Below the pieces are notes generated by a model. It saw only the letters and a program-made list of their open reading frames with translations, was not told where the DNA came from and searched no databases. The position numbers and the translations under genes were made by a program. From Octopus sinensis (taxonomy: Eukaryota), in assembly GCF_006345805.1 (NCBI RefSeq), contig NC_043020.1, positions 13,268,001 through 13,332,000 of the forward strand: a stretch of DNA of 64,000 bases, written 5' to 3'. The stretch's first letter is position 1; each line of letters starts with the position of its first letter. Of this stretch, positions 62,503 to 64,000 are shown in pieces.

Positions 62503-62850
62503 AAAGAGATTGGCTTTGGCACTGTGTCAGAAAGTTCTTGGAAGTAGAGGCTATTGGAATAGCAGGAGCAAAACAGACAATAAATTCTATAGACACTTGA
62601 TCTGTCAATCAATTCTGCTCGACTGGTTTTTTAACCAATATACTGGCAACTTCTCTAAAGAGTGTCTTACATAAATTCACATCGTTTGTGTGTCAGAAAC
62701 ATTAGGAAACTTGTGTCTGTTTCTTTCCTAAATTGGTAAAATATAAGCGATGATAAAAGAATAACATTCAAATTTATTGCATGTTTGAATTTATTTTGTA
62801 ACTCAGTGTATTAAACTGTGACTTGCTGAACATTTTATTGCACAAATAAA
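62503..62850 (+). CDS. Candidate terminal exon (RDWLWHCVRKFLEVEAIGIAGAKQTINSIDT*, stop 62600) with AU-rich UTR
   Basis: Modest acceptor ttgtttgactag; unique AT-rich downstream sequence; ATTAAA at 62810 and AATAAA at 62845. Reading frame ambiguous. Confidence 0.25.
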
Positions 62851-63044
62851 ATTTGAAAAGTTTTTATGTGTAAATCTTTCTGATTTTCAGTTCTAACAAG
62901 TGTCTGATAGGAATCTGAAATAAAATTAGCTTAAATTACAAAAAAATAATTCAGTTTAATTTTAGAATCATAAGTTGAGTTTTTGAAGAATCTATCTTAC
63001 AGGAAATGGATGATGAATCTGCTGTGTTCCAATGTGTTACATCA

Positions 63045-63620
63045 AATTTAACCTTCTAGTATCTAGATTACTCTGTCAGATGTACTGAGATCCCCTTTGG
63101 TGATGACTGACCATAGGATTGCACCTAGAATGTTACCCTCCCAGGCACAAATCCGGGCAAGGTTGTTTACGGAAGAGCAGCAGTCGCCCATGCATACCGG
63201 CCTCCTCTCTCCACGCCACCAGTGTTATCCAAGGGAAAGGCAAAGGGCCGATACAGCTTGGCACCTGTGACATTGCAACTCATTTCTACAGCTGAGTGAA
63301 CTGGAGCAACATGAAATAAAGTGTCTTGCTCTAGAACACAACATGCATCCCGGTCTGAGATTCGAACTCACAACCTCATGATCGGAAGCTCAACACTCTA
63401 ACCACTGAGCTATGCGCCTTCTGTCAGATGTAATACCTATTTATTCACATTATTTTCAATTAATTATGTATTATCTTATAGCTTTGAGATTTCGATGATG
63501 TGATTGCATATTTTTAGAATGACATTGTAGGGCAAGTGTGAAAGGCCAGATCTGGTCAGTTTCAACTTTTATTTATTCACATTATTTTCTATCAGTCATG
63601 TATTATCGTGTGCTTTGAGA
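63045..63620. mobile_element. MITE family 1 interrupted by SINE-C (-) at 63085-63420
   Basis: 12-bp TSD ctgtcagatgta at 63073-63084 and 63421-63432. Confidence 0.85.
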
Positions 63621-63624
63621 TTTC

Positions 63625-63965
63625 AATGATGTGATTGGCCAGAGCGGCTAACTGGCTTCCATGCCGGTGGCACATAAAAGGCATGATCATTACCAGCGTC
63701 GCCTTACTGGCACTTGTGCCGGTGGCATGTGTAAAAACATTCGAGCGAGATCGTTGCCAGTACCGCCTGACTGGCCCCCGTGCCAGTGGCACATAAAAGC
63801 CCCCTATACACTCTCGGAGTGGTTGGCGTTAGGAAGGGCATCCAGCTGTGGAAACTCTGCCAGATCAAGGTTGGAGCCTGGTGCAGCCATCTGGTTCGCC
63901 AGCCCTCAGTCAAATCGTCCAACCCATGCTAGCATGGAAAGCAGATCTTAAGCGATGATGATGAT
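63625..63965 (+). mobile_element. RTE 3'-UTR fragment
   Basis: Diagnostic motifs and (GAT)n. Confidence 0.85.
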
Positions 63966-64000
63966 GAGAATTATGTTGTGTGGTGTGAAAGGCCAGATCT

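Overview
Eukaryotic, AT-rich, microsatellite-dense genomic DNA. The SINE, RTE and piggyBac-MITE repeat complement suggests an octopus or other coleoid cephalopod (inference, no database search run). It reads as long-intron sequence with one 100-N gap (59132-59231). Repeats dominate: at least five SINE families (labelled A-E here), about 20 3'-UTR fragments of one RTE-clade LINE, one longer RTE copy with broken ORF2 and a PHD finger (55814-57241), a CR1-clade fragment, TIR-bounded MITEs, a non-autonomous Helitron, and many micro- and minisatellites. Almost all ORFs in the supplied track are microsatellite or repeat artefacts. No host gene can be named; a few + strand exon candidates are listed at low to moderate confidence. 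Top leads: (1) two copies of a fold-back repeat with a minimal hammerhead-ribozyme-like motif on both strands (6.7 kb, 58.8 kb); (2) an unrelated hammerhead-shaped element with a G3:C8 swapped core (40.1 kb); (3) a textbook AG|GTAAGT recursive-splice site with a stop-filled cryptic exon (33.08 kb); (4) a ~600-bp composite inverted duplication enclosing a candidate exon (21.6-25.1 kb); (5) a SINE flanked by a 173-bp direct duplication (28.7-29.4 kb). Repeat boundaries are read by eye and may be off by tens of bases unless exact motifs are quoted.
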